DNA from: an uncultured Akkermansia sp.
Lineage (GTDB): Bacteria; Verrucomicrobiota; Verrucomicrobiia; Verrucomicrobiales; V1-33
Reading direction: 5' to 3'
Assembly: GCA_964523105.1 (NCBI GenBank)
Contig: CAZFZN010000032.1
Span: 20,570-84,569 of the forward strand
DNA: 64,000 nucleotides
Below the pieces are notes generated by a model. That model saw only the letters and a list, made by a program, of their open reading frames with translations, was not told the DNA's origin and made no database searches. The position numbers were made by a program, and so were the translations under genes. Shown here in pieces: positions 8,440 through 17,810 of the stretch. Positions within the stretch are counted from its first letter, which is position 1; each line of letters starts with the position of its first letter.

Positions 8440-9498
8440 CTACTGCTCCTCATCAATCCGTTCATCCCGCTGATAGATCGGCAGCTGCCGTGCCGGCACC
8501 GTGAGCGCGAGAATGATCATCGTCGTCCCGTACACCTTCTCGAGCCGGTCGTCCTTCCACGAGCCGTCCTCCTGCTGCTTGCCGAGGTAGTAAGGGTACA
8601 TCCAGTCGGCGTAGCGCTTCCAGTATTTGCCGCCGAGCTGAAACATGCCCTGGGCGTTGTAGTAGTTGCCGTAAGTCTCGAATTCGGAATGCGGCAGCCG
8701 CTCGAAATTCTCCAGAATCCACTCGCCGGCCTTGATGTTCTCCGGTGCCGCGTGACGCCCGCAGAGTTCAAGGCAGAGCAGCCCCGCGCCCGTAAGCGAC
8801 TCTTTGTGCTGATAGGCATCCATGTAGCCGAAGTGCCCCAGCTTCCGCTCGAAATTGCCGTGAATGTACTTCACCGCGGCATCGATCGCCTTCGGCGGCA
8901 CCGGTGCGCCGTTGAGCCGCGCGGAACGCAGCGCCATCAGCGCCCAGCCGCTGCAGGAGAGATCGCTGTCATGCGATCCGGGATGATAACGCCAGCCGCC
9001 CTGATGGCGTTCGTCTTTCCGCACCGCCTGAGCCCGCAGCAGCAGACTGATCGCTTTGGGCAGCACCTCGTCGATCTTCTTCTGCCGCGCCGCATCCACC
9101 ATGCCGGAGCATTCACTGAGAAAGAGCGCGCTGATGTTGTGCGCGTACATCGGCCCGTTGCCGTGATCGCCGCTGTCGATGAGCCCCTCGCCGTCGGTGT
9201 GCTCCAGGGCATAATCGATCCGCCGGTTGATGGCTTCACCGTAACGTCCGTTGCCCGGCGTGTGGCCTTTAGCCAGAAAGCACATGCCCACGAGCGAGGA
9301 GATGCCGGTGCTGCGCCCATGACCTCCCGGAAAGGTGCCGTCCTTTTGCTCCACGCTCAGCAAATACTCGAATCCGCGGTCCACAGCTTTGCTGACTTCG
9401 GCTTCATATTTGCGAAAGACATCGCCCGTGTCCTGTGCGGAGACAAGTGACAGGCTGAGCAGCAGCGGAGCGATCCATTTCAGTTTCATGGCGGTCAT
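8440..9498 (-). CDS. Secreted prenyltransferase/squalene-oxidase repeat protein
   Basis: Signal peptide MKLKWIAPLLLSLSLVSAQD. Terpenoid-cyclase-like repeats (GGWRYHPGS..DLSCSGWALMALRSA; EDGSWKDD). It is the last gene of the Bat-like operon. Confidence 0.7.
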   Translation of the reverse strand: MTAMKLKWIAPLLLSLSLVSAQDTGDVFRKYEAEVSKAVDRGFEYLLSVEQKDGTFPGGHGRSTGISSLVGMCFLAKGHTPGNGRYGEAINRRIDYALEHTDGEGLIDSGDHGNGPMYAHNISALFLSECSGMVDAARQKKIDEVLPKAISLLLRAQAVRKDERHQGGWRYHPGSHDSDLSCSGWALMALRSARLNGAPVPPKAIDAAVKYIHGNFERKLGHFGYMDAYQHKESLTGAGLLCLELCGRHAAPENIKAGEWILENFERLPHSEFETYGNYYNAQGMFQLGGKYWKRYADWMYPYYLGKQQEDGSWKDDRLEKVYGTTMIILALTVPARQLPIYQRDERIDEEQ

Positions 9499-9517
9499 GG
9501 CTTAAGCGTCGTGAAGA

Positions 9518-12500
9518 TTATTGCTTCCCTTCCTCTCCGGTCGGCTCGCCTTTGGCCAGCGCGCCGAAATACTGGCGCACCAGTTCACGGTATTCCGCGG
9601 GAACGCGGTCGCTCTCCCCGCTGCTGGCGCCCGCGAGCACGCCACGGAGTTTCACCCAGTCGGCGGCGGTGAGGCCGAGTTTTTCGAGTTCCGGCGGCAG
9701 TTCCTGAGTCGCGCCGAGGGGCTGCGGGCCGGCTTTGGGATTCTGGCCTTCGCCGCCCGGCTTTTGCGCGAGTTGCTGGCCCTGACCTTTACCCTGCCCG
9801 GGTTTGCTCTGTGCGTTTTGACGCGCGCTTTGCGGGATGCCCATGTTCTGCGCCGCCGCCATCGCCGCCTGCTGCAATGCCTGTGCCGCGGCCTGCGCGC
9901 TTTGCTGCGCGTTGCCCGCGCTGGGCTGTGCGCCGTTCGGTCCCTGCTGACTGCCTTCCTGCGCGGCCTGCTGCGATTCCTGAGCGCCTTCCTTCATCGC
10001 GGCGGCTTCCTGTGCGAGCGACTGCGACTGCGTTTGCATGGCGGTGCTCAGTTGCTGCAAGGCCTGGGCCGCTTCCGCGAGGGAACCCGCCGCCGCCTCC
10101 GCTTGAGCTTCCCCCGGCGACTGCGATTCCTGGCCTGACGGCGATTCGCCGGAAGGCTGCTCCCCGCCGGGCGTTTCGCCACCTGGCTGCTGACCGGATG
10201 GAGATTCTCCCGACGGCTGCTGTCCCTGCGGCGGCTGTGCCGCCTGCGCCAGTTCCTGACCTGCGGTCTGTGCTTCCTGCGCACCCTCCGCGAGTTGTTC
10301 CGTCGCCTGATGCGCGGCTTCCTGGGCAGCGGAGCTTTGATCGATTTGTCCGGCGGCGCGCTGCGTCAATTGCTGCGCCTGTTGCGACAACTGCTGCGCC
10401 TGTTGCGCCAGTTGGTTCTCCTGCGCCGCAAGCGCCTGCTGCTCCTGAGGCGTGTCCGCGGACGGCACCTGATCGGCCAGGGACGACTGCTGCTCCGCCA
10501 GCTTCTGCGCCTGATCCGCCAGGTTCGCGGCCTGCTTCGCCGTTTCCTGCATGGATTGCTGCTGCTGCTGATTGTTGAATTGCGACAGCTGATTCTGCAA
10601 CTGCTGCGCCTGCTGCGCGACCTGGTTCTGCTGTTGCTGCCATTCCTGCTGGGCCTGCTGCGCGGCTTGTTGCGCCTGCTGCTGTTGCTGGGGCGATTGC
10701 TGCGCGAGTTGCTGTTCGGCATTCATGCCGGCCTCCTGCGCGAGCTGGTCGGCCAGTTGCTCCAGCGATTCCGCGGCCTGCGCGAATTCCTCGCCCGCGG
10801 CCTGCGCATCCTGCGCGCTGGCCTGCGCTTCGTCTGCGCCCTGCGGCTGTGCGGCGGGGTTTTCCTGCGGAGCCTGAGCGGCTTCCTTGCCGAGTTGCCC
10901 GGCAAGCTGATTCAAATTCTCCGCTGCCTGCGCGAGTTCCTGCTGCGCGCTCTGCGATTCCTGACCTGACGCTTCCGCTTCATCCGCGCCGGCGTTCGGC
11001 TGATTCGCCATCTCCGGATTCTGCTGGGCCTGTTGCGCCTGCTGCTGCGACTGCTGCTGCGCCTGCTGGGCCTGTTGCTGCGCCTCCTGAGCGTCCTTTT
11101 CCGCGGCCTGAGCATCCTCCCGGGCCTGACGCGCCAACTGGAGATTTTCCTCGTCGCGGTTCAATTCGCCCGAGTTCTGACTGCGGAACTGCTCCACCTC
11201 GCGGGCGAGTTGCCCCGCCTCCTGGACCGCCTGCTGCTGCGCCTGGGCCAACTGCTGCTGCTCCTGCAGGGTGTCGGCCTGCGCGGCCTGTTGCGAGAGC
11301 TGCTCCTGCTTCCGGGCGAGCGCCTCTGCTTTCTTTGCCAAATCCTGCGCCTGCTGTGCCGCCTGCTGCGCCTGCTGTTGATTCGGCTGCGGCGGCGCGG
11401 CGGGCGGCTGCTGATTCTGCTGCGCGGCCTGCTCGGCCAATTGCTGCGCCTGCTGCGCATCCTGCGTGCCCTGCTGCACATCCTGACGCGCCTGCTCCAG
11501 CATCTGTTCCTGTGCGGCGTCCTGATTCAACTCACCTGCATTCTGCTGCGCGAACTGTTGTGCGGCCTCCTGGAATTTCTGCGCCTCCTGCTGCATCTGC
11601 GCCTCCGCCTGCGCCAGCTGCTGCTGCTCCTGCGGCGTGTCCGCCTGCTTCGCCTGTTCAGCCAGAGCTTCCTGCTTTTTGGCAAGCTCCGCGGCTTTCT
11701 CCGCCAGCGAACGCGCCTGCTCCGCCGCCTGCTGCGCAGTGTCCTGCGCCTTCTGTTCGGCCTGCTGCGCGAGTTGCTCCTGCTGCTGCGCCAGCGCTTC
11801 CAGCTTCGCGACGTTCTCCGCGTTCTGCTGCTCCTGGTTCAGTTGATTCTTCTCCTGCTCCAGCTGGGCCAGCGCCTGATCCAGGAGATTCGTCGCCTCG
11901 CCCGCCAGTTCGCTCCGCTGCTTCTTGTCATCCGTCAGGGGAATGTTCTCCGCCTTCTCCGCCGCCGGCTCCACGAGGTTCTCGGCGATCTGTTTCAAGT
12001 CCTCCGCCTGGCGCGCGTAGGCCGTGTCTTTCATCTTCTCAGCGATCTGTTCCAGCGTCTGCGCCGCCTCTTCGGCTTTCTGCTGCGCCTGCTCGATCTG
12101 CTTCAGCGCCTCCGGCTGAATCTGATCCTGATTCGCCAACTGCGGCGGTTTGTCCTGAATGTTTTGCTTTGCCTCCTGCACGAGCTGTTTTGCTTTTTCG
12201 ATTTCCTGCCGCAGTTCCTCGGCCTGCGCCGCGAAGGTCTGCTGCATGAGCGGCTTCGCGTCGTGACGGATGCGGATCAAAATCTCGCGGCTGCGGCCGA
12301 TCTGCGGACCCTTCATGTCGGCGGGCAGCGAATCCGCGACCTCCAGATGGAAGCGCAGCTCGGTCACGCCGTTGAGCGGCAGCTTCGCCAAATCGAAGAC
12401 GGTCACGCCCGGCCAAACGTCGCCGGACTCGATCTCGCGCGACGGCAGCGGCGTCACCTCGAGCGACTGCTCCGGCCGGCCCGACGGACGCGCTTTGATC

Positions 12501-13840
12501 TGCAGCGACGAGATGCCGAAATCCTCCTGCACCACATAGGAAATGGGCAGCCGCTCGCTCGGACGCAGTTCAAACTCCGGCTCCTGCGGCGACTCGATGG
12601 TAATGACCGGCGCCAAATCCTTCACCGCCTGGATCATGTAATCCACGGGCCGATTCTGAATGCCGTGCTCGTCCTCCAGCGCAAAATGCCACTGAGTGTC
12701 CAGCCCGGCGGCAACGTCCGCGGTCCACTCCACAAATTGTTTGCCGCCCTCCGTCAGCGTCTTCACGCCCTCGACCGGCTTGCCGTCCATGACAACCTCC
12801 GCCTTCGCCACCGGGCGGTTCAATTGCCCGCGCACCTGGACCTTCGTGCCGGTCACGGCCACGATGTCGCCGGGCACATCGCGCTTCACGTCCTGCGGCT
12901 TCGCGGTGTAGGCCGGATAATCGAATGTCAGCGTCAGGCTTTCCGGCACCGGACGCGGCAGCACCGTGATGGTGAACGGCTCCGTGATCGCCTTCCCCGC
13001 CGCCACGCGCGCAGTAAATCCCTGCTTCACCTCCGGCATCCGCAGCGCGAATCCCGTCTCGCCATCCTCCGTCTTCACCGCGCTGTCGGCGCTCAGTTGC
13101 TCCACCACTTCCTTGCCGTCCGGCCCAGTCATGCGCAGCTCTACGCGCTCCGGCTGGCCCTGCACCGCAACTTCAATGTCCAGCGGATCTTCTTCGGCGA
13201 CAATCTGCGACTTCGTGAGCAGCCGGATGTTGTCCGCGTAGGCATTGCCAATGTCCGCCAGCGGTGAGAAAAGCCGCGCAAACAGCCGCGGCGTCACTTT
13301 CGGCCAGAGAATAAACATCGCGATAAGCGCCGCCGCCGCCGTCAGAGCCGTGATGGCCGGACGACGCGCGATCTTCGCGCTGAGTTCGGATTTCGGATTC
13401 ACCTGCCCCGCGTCGTTGATCGCGTCCTTCACGACCTCCGCGAGAAGGTCGGCCGATCCGGCATCGTCCGGATGCGCCATCAGTTCCACCGCCGTGGAAA
13501 TCCGCTCCTGCATTTCCGGGTGATGCGTCTCCACCCACCGCGCCACGCCCGCCAGCGTGATGCGTTTGGAAAGCGGACGCAGCAGCCACGACCAGAGCGC
13601 GAGAATGGTGACACCCAGCGCCGCCAGCGAGAGCGAGAGGCGGATCGCCTTCGACTCCACCGCAAATGCCGCATCGATGCCCATGACCACGAGCGCGGAA
13701 ATCAAAGCAACCGCCAGTGTGGCACACACACCTTTGATGAGTTGCACCCGCCGCACGCGGGCAATGACGGCCTTGAGCCGCGCCACAATGGGAGCCGGGA
13801 GATTGCGGATGCCCTGTTCGGTGAAGGAGAGTTTAGACAT
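9518..13840 (-). CDS. Giant membrane-anchored Q/A/E-rich coiled-coil protein, DUF4175-like (terminal component of the MoxR/DUF58/BatA operon)
   Basis: Start chosen at MSKLSF (the ATG at 13840 avoids overlap with the upstream gene). N-terminal TM helices are followed by about 550 aa of globular sequence. Then come about 840 aa of Gln/Ala/Glu low-complexity sequence with internal repeats. The conserved tail is VPAEYRELVRQYFGALA. Confidence 0.75.
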   Translation of the reverse strand: MSKLSFTEQGIRNLPAPIVARLKAVIARVRRVQLIKGVCATLAVALISALVVMGIDAAFAVESKAIRLSLSLAALGVTILALWSWLLRPLSKRITLAGVARWVETHHPEMQERISTAVELMAHPDDAGSADLLAEVVKDAINDAGQVNPKSELSAKIARRPAITALTAAAALIAMFILWPKVTPRLFARLFSPLADIGNAYADNIRLLTKSQIVAEEDPLDIEVAVQGQPERVELRMTGPDGKEVVEQLSADSAVKTEDGETGFALRMPEVKQGFTARVAAGKAITEPFTITVLPRPVPESLTLTFDYPAYTAKPQDVKRDVPGDIVAVTGTKVQVRGQLNRPVAKAEVVMDGKPVEGVKTLTEGGKQFVEWTADVAAGLDTQWHFALEDEHGIQNRPVDYMIQAVKDLAPVITIESPQEPEFELRPSERLPISYVVQEDFGISSLQIKARPSGRPEQSLEVTPLPSREIESGDVWPGVTVFDLAKLPLNGVTELRFHLEVADSLPADMKGPQIGRSREILIRIRHDAKPLMQQTFAAQAEELRQEIEKAKQLVQEAKQNIQDKPPQLANQDQIQPEALKQIEQAQQKAEEAAQTLEQIAEKMKDTAYARQAEDLKQIAENLVEPAAEKAENIPLTDDKKQRSELAGEATNLLDQALAQLEQEKNQLNQEQQNAENVAKLEALAQQQEQLAQQAEQKAQDTAQQAAEQARSLAEKAAELAKKQEALAEQAKQADTPQEQQQLAQAEAQMQQEAQKFQEAAQQFAQQNAGELNQDAAQEQMLEQARQDVQQGTQDAQQAQQLAEQAAQQNQQPPAAPPQPNQQQAQQAAQQAQDLAKKAEALARKQEQLSQQAAQADTLQEQQQLAQAQQQAVQEAGQLAREVEQFRSQNSGELNRDEENLQLARQAREDAQAAEKDAQEAQQQAQQAQQQSQQQAQQAQQNPEMANQPNAGADEAEASGQESQSAQQELAQAAENLNQLAGQLGKEAAQAPQENPAAQPQGADEAQASAQDAQAAGEEFAQAAESLEQLADQLAQEAGMNAEQQLAQQSPQQQQQAQQAAQQAQQEWQQQQNQVAQQAQQLQNQLSQFNNQQQQQSMQETAKQAANLADQAQKLAEQQSSLADQVPSADTPQEQQALAAQENQLAQQAQQLSQQAQQLTQRAAGQIDQSSAAQEAAHQATEQLAEGAQEAQTAGQELAQAAQPPQGQQPSGESPSGQQPGGETPGGEQPSGESPSGQESQSPGEAQAEAAAGSLAEAAQALQQLSTAMQTQSQSLAQEAAAMKEGAQESQQAAQEGSQQGPNGAQPSAGNAQQSAQAAAQALQQAAMAAAQNMGIPQSARQNAQSKPGQGKGQGQQLAQKPGGEGQNPKAGPQPLGATQELPPELEKLGLTAADWVKLRGVLAGASSGESDRVPAEYRELVRQYFGALAKGEPTGEEGKQ

Positions 13841-13890
13841 GGCAGTGCGCGGGAGGCGCGGGTTGGTGGTTTCGATGAAGTATTGAATCG

Positions 13891-14193
13891 CTAATGGTCC
13901 AAGCGCCGAATCAGAGTCCAAAGGAACCCGGCGAGCACTGGAAGTCCAAGCAGTAATGTGATTGCGTCCAGTCTTAATAGGCGTTGCACGGAAGCCGTTT
14001 TAGGAACCGTCCCTTTGTAAGTCATGAGAGCTGCCAGCGCGAATGTCACGGCGCCGATCGCCACCGCGACCACTGTTTCGATTGCGCTGCTGGGGGACGG
14101 GCCGCCGACTCCCACTACCGACAACGAAGCGAGCAACAGAAAAAGCCAGCACAACAAGACCAGCGTGGAGGACACCATGAACACAGCCTTCAT
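13891..14193 (-). CDS. Small hydrophobic membrane protein (3 predicted TM), low GC, hypothetical
   Basis: Start chosen at MKAVFMVSSTLVLLCWLFLLL. A 60-nt line that I counted (13921-13980) is 50% GC, against a visibly higher-GC flank. It is adjacent to repeat element A. Confidence 0.45.
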   Translation of the reverse strand: MKAVFMVSSTLVLLCWLFLLLASLSVVGVGGPSPSSAIETVVAVAIGAVTFALAALMTYKGTVPKTASVQRLLRLDAITLLLGLPVLAGFLWTLIRRLDH

Positions 14194-14347
14194 CTGGAAT
14201 CTCCTTTCTGTTTCGCCCCATCGATTACCAGGCATCGCGCACCTCCCCCGGCGCAGCCGCCGTTAAAACCGGTAGGGATAAGCTCGCGCCTGTCCCAATC
14301 TAAGCTAGCCGGCGCCTCGGCGCCGGGCGGCGCGGAGCCTCCGAATA

Positions 14348-14580
14348 CCGGCCCGGAGGGCCGAGAGAAATTAGCCGGGGGTGCAGCGAAGCGGAACCCC
14401 CGGGAACCAGACCACAAAACATCAAGCCCCGGCAGGGGCGGCAGAACCGCACGAGGTCGCCATGTCGTCGGCATGCTTCTCCCGCCCCTGCCGGGGCGGA
14501 ACATCGTGTACGACGGTCCCGGGGGTTCCGCTCGTTCCTCGCTCCACCCCCGGCTAATTTCTGCCGGGCCTCCGGCCCTG
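14348..14580. repeat. Palindromic intergenic repeat element, copy A (divergent member)
   Basis: The left arm ggcccggagggccgagagaaattagccgggggtg...caagccccggcaggggcggcagaacc is mirrored by the right arm cccgcccctgccggggcggaac...cacccccggctaatttctgccgggcctccggccc. The core resembles copies B and C. Confidence 0.8.
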
Positions 14581-14599
14581 ATAGAAGTAAAGCGCACGT

Positions 14600-17500
14600 T
14601 CACACCAGCCCTCCTCTCCGTCTTAAGATCCACTCCGCTGTCGCGGCGGCGACGGCCAGCGCGAGGATCATCCAGTTGTCCCAGAGTTTCGTCTCCCTCG
14701 TTTCCTCGACCTCCTTGGTCGCGGCACCGAAAAGCTCCAGCACCTTCGCGGCTTCGTCCGGCCGGGCGACCACGCCATTGCTGAGCGACGCGATGCGGGC
14801 GGCGAGTTCCGAGTTCACGCTGACTTCGCCGAGTTCCACGGGGTTACCCTCGGCGAGGATCGTCAGTTTCTGGTCCACGGTGCGCACGTTGTCCTTCGAC
14901 AGCAGTTCCTCCACTTTCGCGCCGGTCAGTTCGATGCGATAGGCTCCCGGCTCCGTCAGTGACTCGAATTCCGTCTCGTACATGCCGTGCGATTGCCCCT
15001 GGAAGGCGAGCGGCTTTCGCAGCACCACCTCGCCGGCTTCATTATAAACCGCGATGCCGACTTCGCCGTCGGTCACGGGGCGGAAGTCATCGTCCACCAG
15101 GCGCGCCATGACGCGCACTTTCTCACCGGCTTCGTAATTCAGCCGGCGCGTGCCGAGGCGCACATGCTCGGTGCCGCTCGCGAGATTTTCGCCCGCGCCC
15201 CAGCGCATGAGCTGGCCCCAGAACTTGTGGTGAATGGTGTCGCCGATGCCGTAACGGAAGCGCCACGTCTGATCGAAGTTGAGCATCGCCACTTTACCCA
15301 GTCCCGCCTGCGAAGCCACCACGAGTGCGTTGCGCTGTTCGGTCTCGCGCTGACGGGTCAGGGCGGTCGCCATGTCGCCGGTGTCGGCGGGCGCGATGTC
15401 GTTTTCCACGGGATTGCCGAAAGCATCCACCGGCACGGGCCTGGCCCATGCGAGGACTTCGGCTCCGGGACGGATGCCTTTGATGGCGTGTCGCCAGCGC
15501 ATGACCGGAATCTCGCTCCAAATCCGCGCGTTTTCCACACCGCTGTCAGTGGGCGTGAAAATGGGATGCCCCCGCCCCGCCGCCGTGAGCATGAGACGGA
15601 ATGCCGGCTCCGGCCCCAACATCATCTCCGCAGTGCTGCTCTCATAATCCACAGGGATCAAACTGCGCGCCGTCTCGTTGGTGAAGGCGTGCGGCATGTG
15701 TGAGGGGCCGGCGACGATGACCAGCATGGCGCCGCGTTCGTCCACGCACTCTTTGATGATCTTCCACGTATCCTCACCGAGCACCGCCGGCGGCAGGTCG
15801 CCGAGAATGATGACGTCGAACTTCCGCCACTCCTCCGCCGACGCCGGCAGGCGCGTGGCCTCGCTGTCGCCGAACTTCCGCGACGCGCTCGCCGGGATGC
15901 CCGGCAGCGGCGGCGCGCCCTGGAGCGTGTCAGGATGCAGCAGCACGTACTGCAAATGCACTGACTTGTCGCGGCTGTCGAAGAGGTTGCGCAGATAACG
16001 GAATTCCCAGCGCGGGCGGTCGTCGATGAGCAGCACGTTGGTGCGGTCGTCGCTCACGGCCACGTCGAAGCTCCATTCGTTGTTGTTGGGGAACAGCTCG
16101 CCCTCCACCGGATCCACGCGCACCGTGTAGCTGAAGATGCCCTTCTCCGGCGGCTGATGCGAGAAGCGCAGCGTGGTGCGGAAGTCGTTGTCAGGCACCG
16201 GCACCTTTTCCTCGTGAATCACCGCGCCCTCGCGGAGCAGCTTCACCGCCACCTGCTGCCCGCGCAGGCCGTCGGCCTTGATCTCCGCCTTCACCCGCAC
16301 GCGGTCGCCGAGAAAAACACTCTGCGGACTGCCCACGCCGATAATGGCCGCGTCCTTCGTGCCGCGCGAAGAGCCGGTAAGAATGGGACAAATGCGCGCG
16401 CCTTGCACGCCGATGGCGTGGGCTTCGTTGTCAGGACTGGTTGGGCCGTTGTGGCGAAAATCCGAAACCACCACCACGCCGGCGAGCTGCTCGCCCGGGT
16501 AAGTTTCCTTGATGCGTTTCAGCGCACCGCTGAGATCGGTGCGGCTGCGGAAAGCCGCGTCACCCTCCGGCCCGTCCACGCGGTCCGTCTCCGCCGCTTT
16601 CCTGCCAAAGCGCATGTGCCGCAGCGTGTACTTATCCGCGATCTGATCCAGCAGCGACGGAGCCTCGCCCTGCTTCCGCGTGAGAATCTGCTGCGCGATC
16701 TGCGCACGCGGGCGCGCTGCCGCAGCGTCGATCTTACTCCGTGCATCCTCCGGCAGTGAGGCGTAATATTTCTCGTCCACCGTGTCGGCATACGGCCCGG
16801 CGATCTCGATGCCGCGCTGCATTTGCAGCGAAGCCTCGCGTGCCGCGCTGCGAATCTGGCGCTCGTCGTTGCGCGCGAGGCCATTGCGGAAGTCCTTCAT
16901 GCGCTCGCGGAAATCATTGATGGCGCGCTTCCGCACTTCGTTGCGCAGGCGTTTGATGTCCTCGGGCAAATCGCGCTGCTCGCGGCGGTTCTCGTCCATC
17001 GCCTGACTCACCGACTCCGCCCAGTCGTTCGCCGCTTTCTCCACGCGAGTGATCTCCTCGTTGTTGGCGGCGATGAATTCCTTCACTTCGTCGCGCGAGT
17101 AATTGTCCGGCGTTTTTAAAAGATCGGACAGGCGCTCCAGGTCTGCGGCGATTTGCCCCGCCTCGGAAAACAACCGCGGCAGCGCCGGCCGGTCCTTGAT
17201 GACTTCGATTCCTTCAAATGCCGCCACCGCCAGTTTTTCCGCCACCGGCATCTCCTTGTCGGCAATCTGCATGGACGCCGAGTCGTCGAGCAGCACGACC
17301 ACATTGCGGTCAATGCGCTCCGTTTCTTTCCGCTGAAACACCGGCTGCGCGAGAATGATGAGCACCGCTGCCGCGACCACGAGCCGCAGGGCCAGCAGCC
17401 AGCGCCCCAGGCCGGGCCGCACGATGCGCTTCTCCAGTTGGTAGAAGGCGATGAGCACTTCGATGGAGAACCCGCCGATCAGTCCGCACACCCACAGCGG

Positions 17501-17740
17501 CCAGTCGGTCTCCAGCACCAGATGCCGCGCCACCGCCTGCCAAATCGCCCAAACCGCCGCCGCTCCGATGACCGTGCGCACGGCAAAGCCCGCGAGCTTG
17601 AGCGGCTTCGTTCTCAAAAACCGCCGCGAGATAAGGTGGGAGATGACCCACACTGCGATGAGCACAGCCGCGAGAATCCACACACTGGAGGTGTGAACTT
17701 CAGAGCCGAGAAGATCGGGGCGTGGTTTGTCGGTGGTCAT
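14600..17740 (-). CDS. Large membrane protein with vWA-like and class-I glutamine-amidotransferase-like (non-catalytic) regions, Bat-operon component
   Basis: Start reset to MTTDKPRPDL (ATG at 17740), because the upstream 62 codons of the track ORF run through repeat B. There are four N-terminal TM helices, a VVVLLDDSASMQ (vWA MIDAS-like) motif, and FDVIILGDLPP...GAMLVIVAGP. Confidence 0.7.
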   Translation of the reverse strand: MTTDKPRPDLLGSEVHTSSVWILAAVLIAVWVISHLISRRFLRTKPLKLAGFAVRTVIGAAAVWAIWQAVARHLVLETDWPLWVCGLIGGFSIEVLIAFYQLEKRIVRPGLGRWLLALRLVVAAAVLIILAQPVFQRKETERIDRNVVVLLDDSASMQIADKEMPVAEKLAVAAFEGIEVIKDRPALPRLFSEAGQIAADLERLSDLLKTPDNYSRDEVKEFIAANNEEITRVEKAANDWAESVSQAMDENRREQRDLPEDIKRLRNEVRKRAINDFRERMKDFRNGLARNDERQIRSAAREASLQMQRGIEIAGPYADTVDEKYYASLPEDARSKIDAAAARPRAQIAQQILTRKQGEAPSLLDQIADKYTLRHMRFGRKAAETDRVDGPEGDAAFRSRTDLSGALKRIKETYPGEQLAGVVVVSDFRHNGPTSPDNEAHAIGVQGARICPILTGSSRGTKDAAIIGVGSPQSVFLGDRVRVKAEIKADGLRGQQVAVKLLREGAVIHEEKVPVPDNDFRTTLRFSHQPPEKGIFSYTVRVDPVEGELFPNNNEWSFDVAVSDDRTNVLLIDDRPRWEFRYLRNLFDSRDKSVHLQYVLLHPDTLQGAPPLPGIPASASRKFGDSEATRLPASAEEWRKFDVIILGDLPPAVLGEDTWKIIKECVDERGAMLVIVAGPSHMPHAFTNETARSLIPVDYESSTAEMMLGPEPAFRLMLTAAGRGHPIFTPTDSGVENARIWSEIPVMRWRHAIKGIRPGAEVLAWARPVPVDAFGNPVENDIAPADTGDMATALTRQRETEQRNALVVASQAGLGKVAMLNFDQTWRFRYGIGDTIHHKFWGQLMRWGAGENLASGTEHVRLGTRRLNYEAGEKVRVMARLVDDDFRPVTDGEVGIAVYNEAGEVVLRKPLAFQGQSHGMYETEFESLTEPGAYRIELTGAKVEELLSKDNVRTVDQKLTILAEGNPVELGEVSVNSELAARIASLSNGVVARPDEAAKVLELFGAATKEVEETRETKLWDNWMILALAVAAATAEWILRRRGGLV

Positions 17741-17810
17741 GCGAGGATTGGGGGGATGACGAATGCCCTGATTGAAAACGGGGCGTCCATTTGAATCAGC
17801 GGACCAGGAG

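Noticed and set aside
9720-12250. Possible CRISPR-like or tandem-repeat array suggested by the repetitive ctgctgcgcc DNA
   Set aside because: The repeats are irregular in length and spacing, lie in a continuous open reading frame, and encode Q/A-rich coiled-coil sequence. There is no repeat-spacer architecture and there are no cas genes.
10849-13267. Long + strand ORFs (466 aa Pro/Ala/Arg-rich; 744 aa Leu/Arg-rich) opposite the Q/A-rich giant gene
   Set aside because: They are mirror-frame artefacts of the CAG/GCC-rich repeats. The minus-strand product has TM helices, a structured N-terminal half and a conserved C-terminal tail, whereas these ORFs have none of those.
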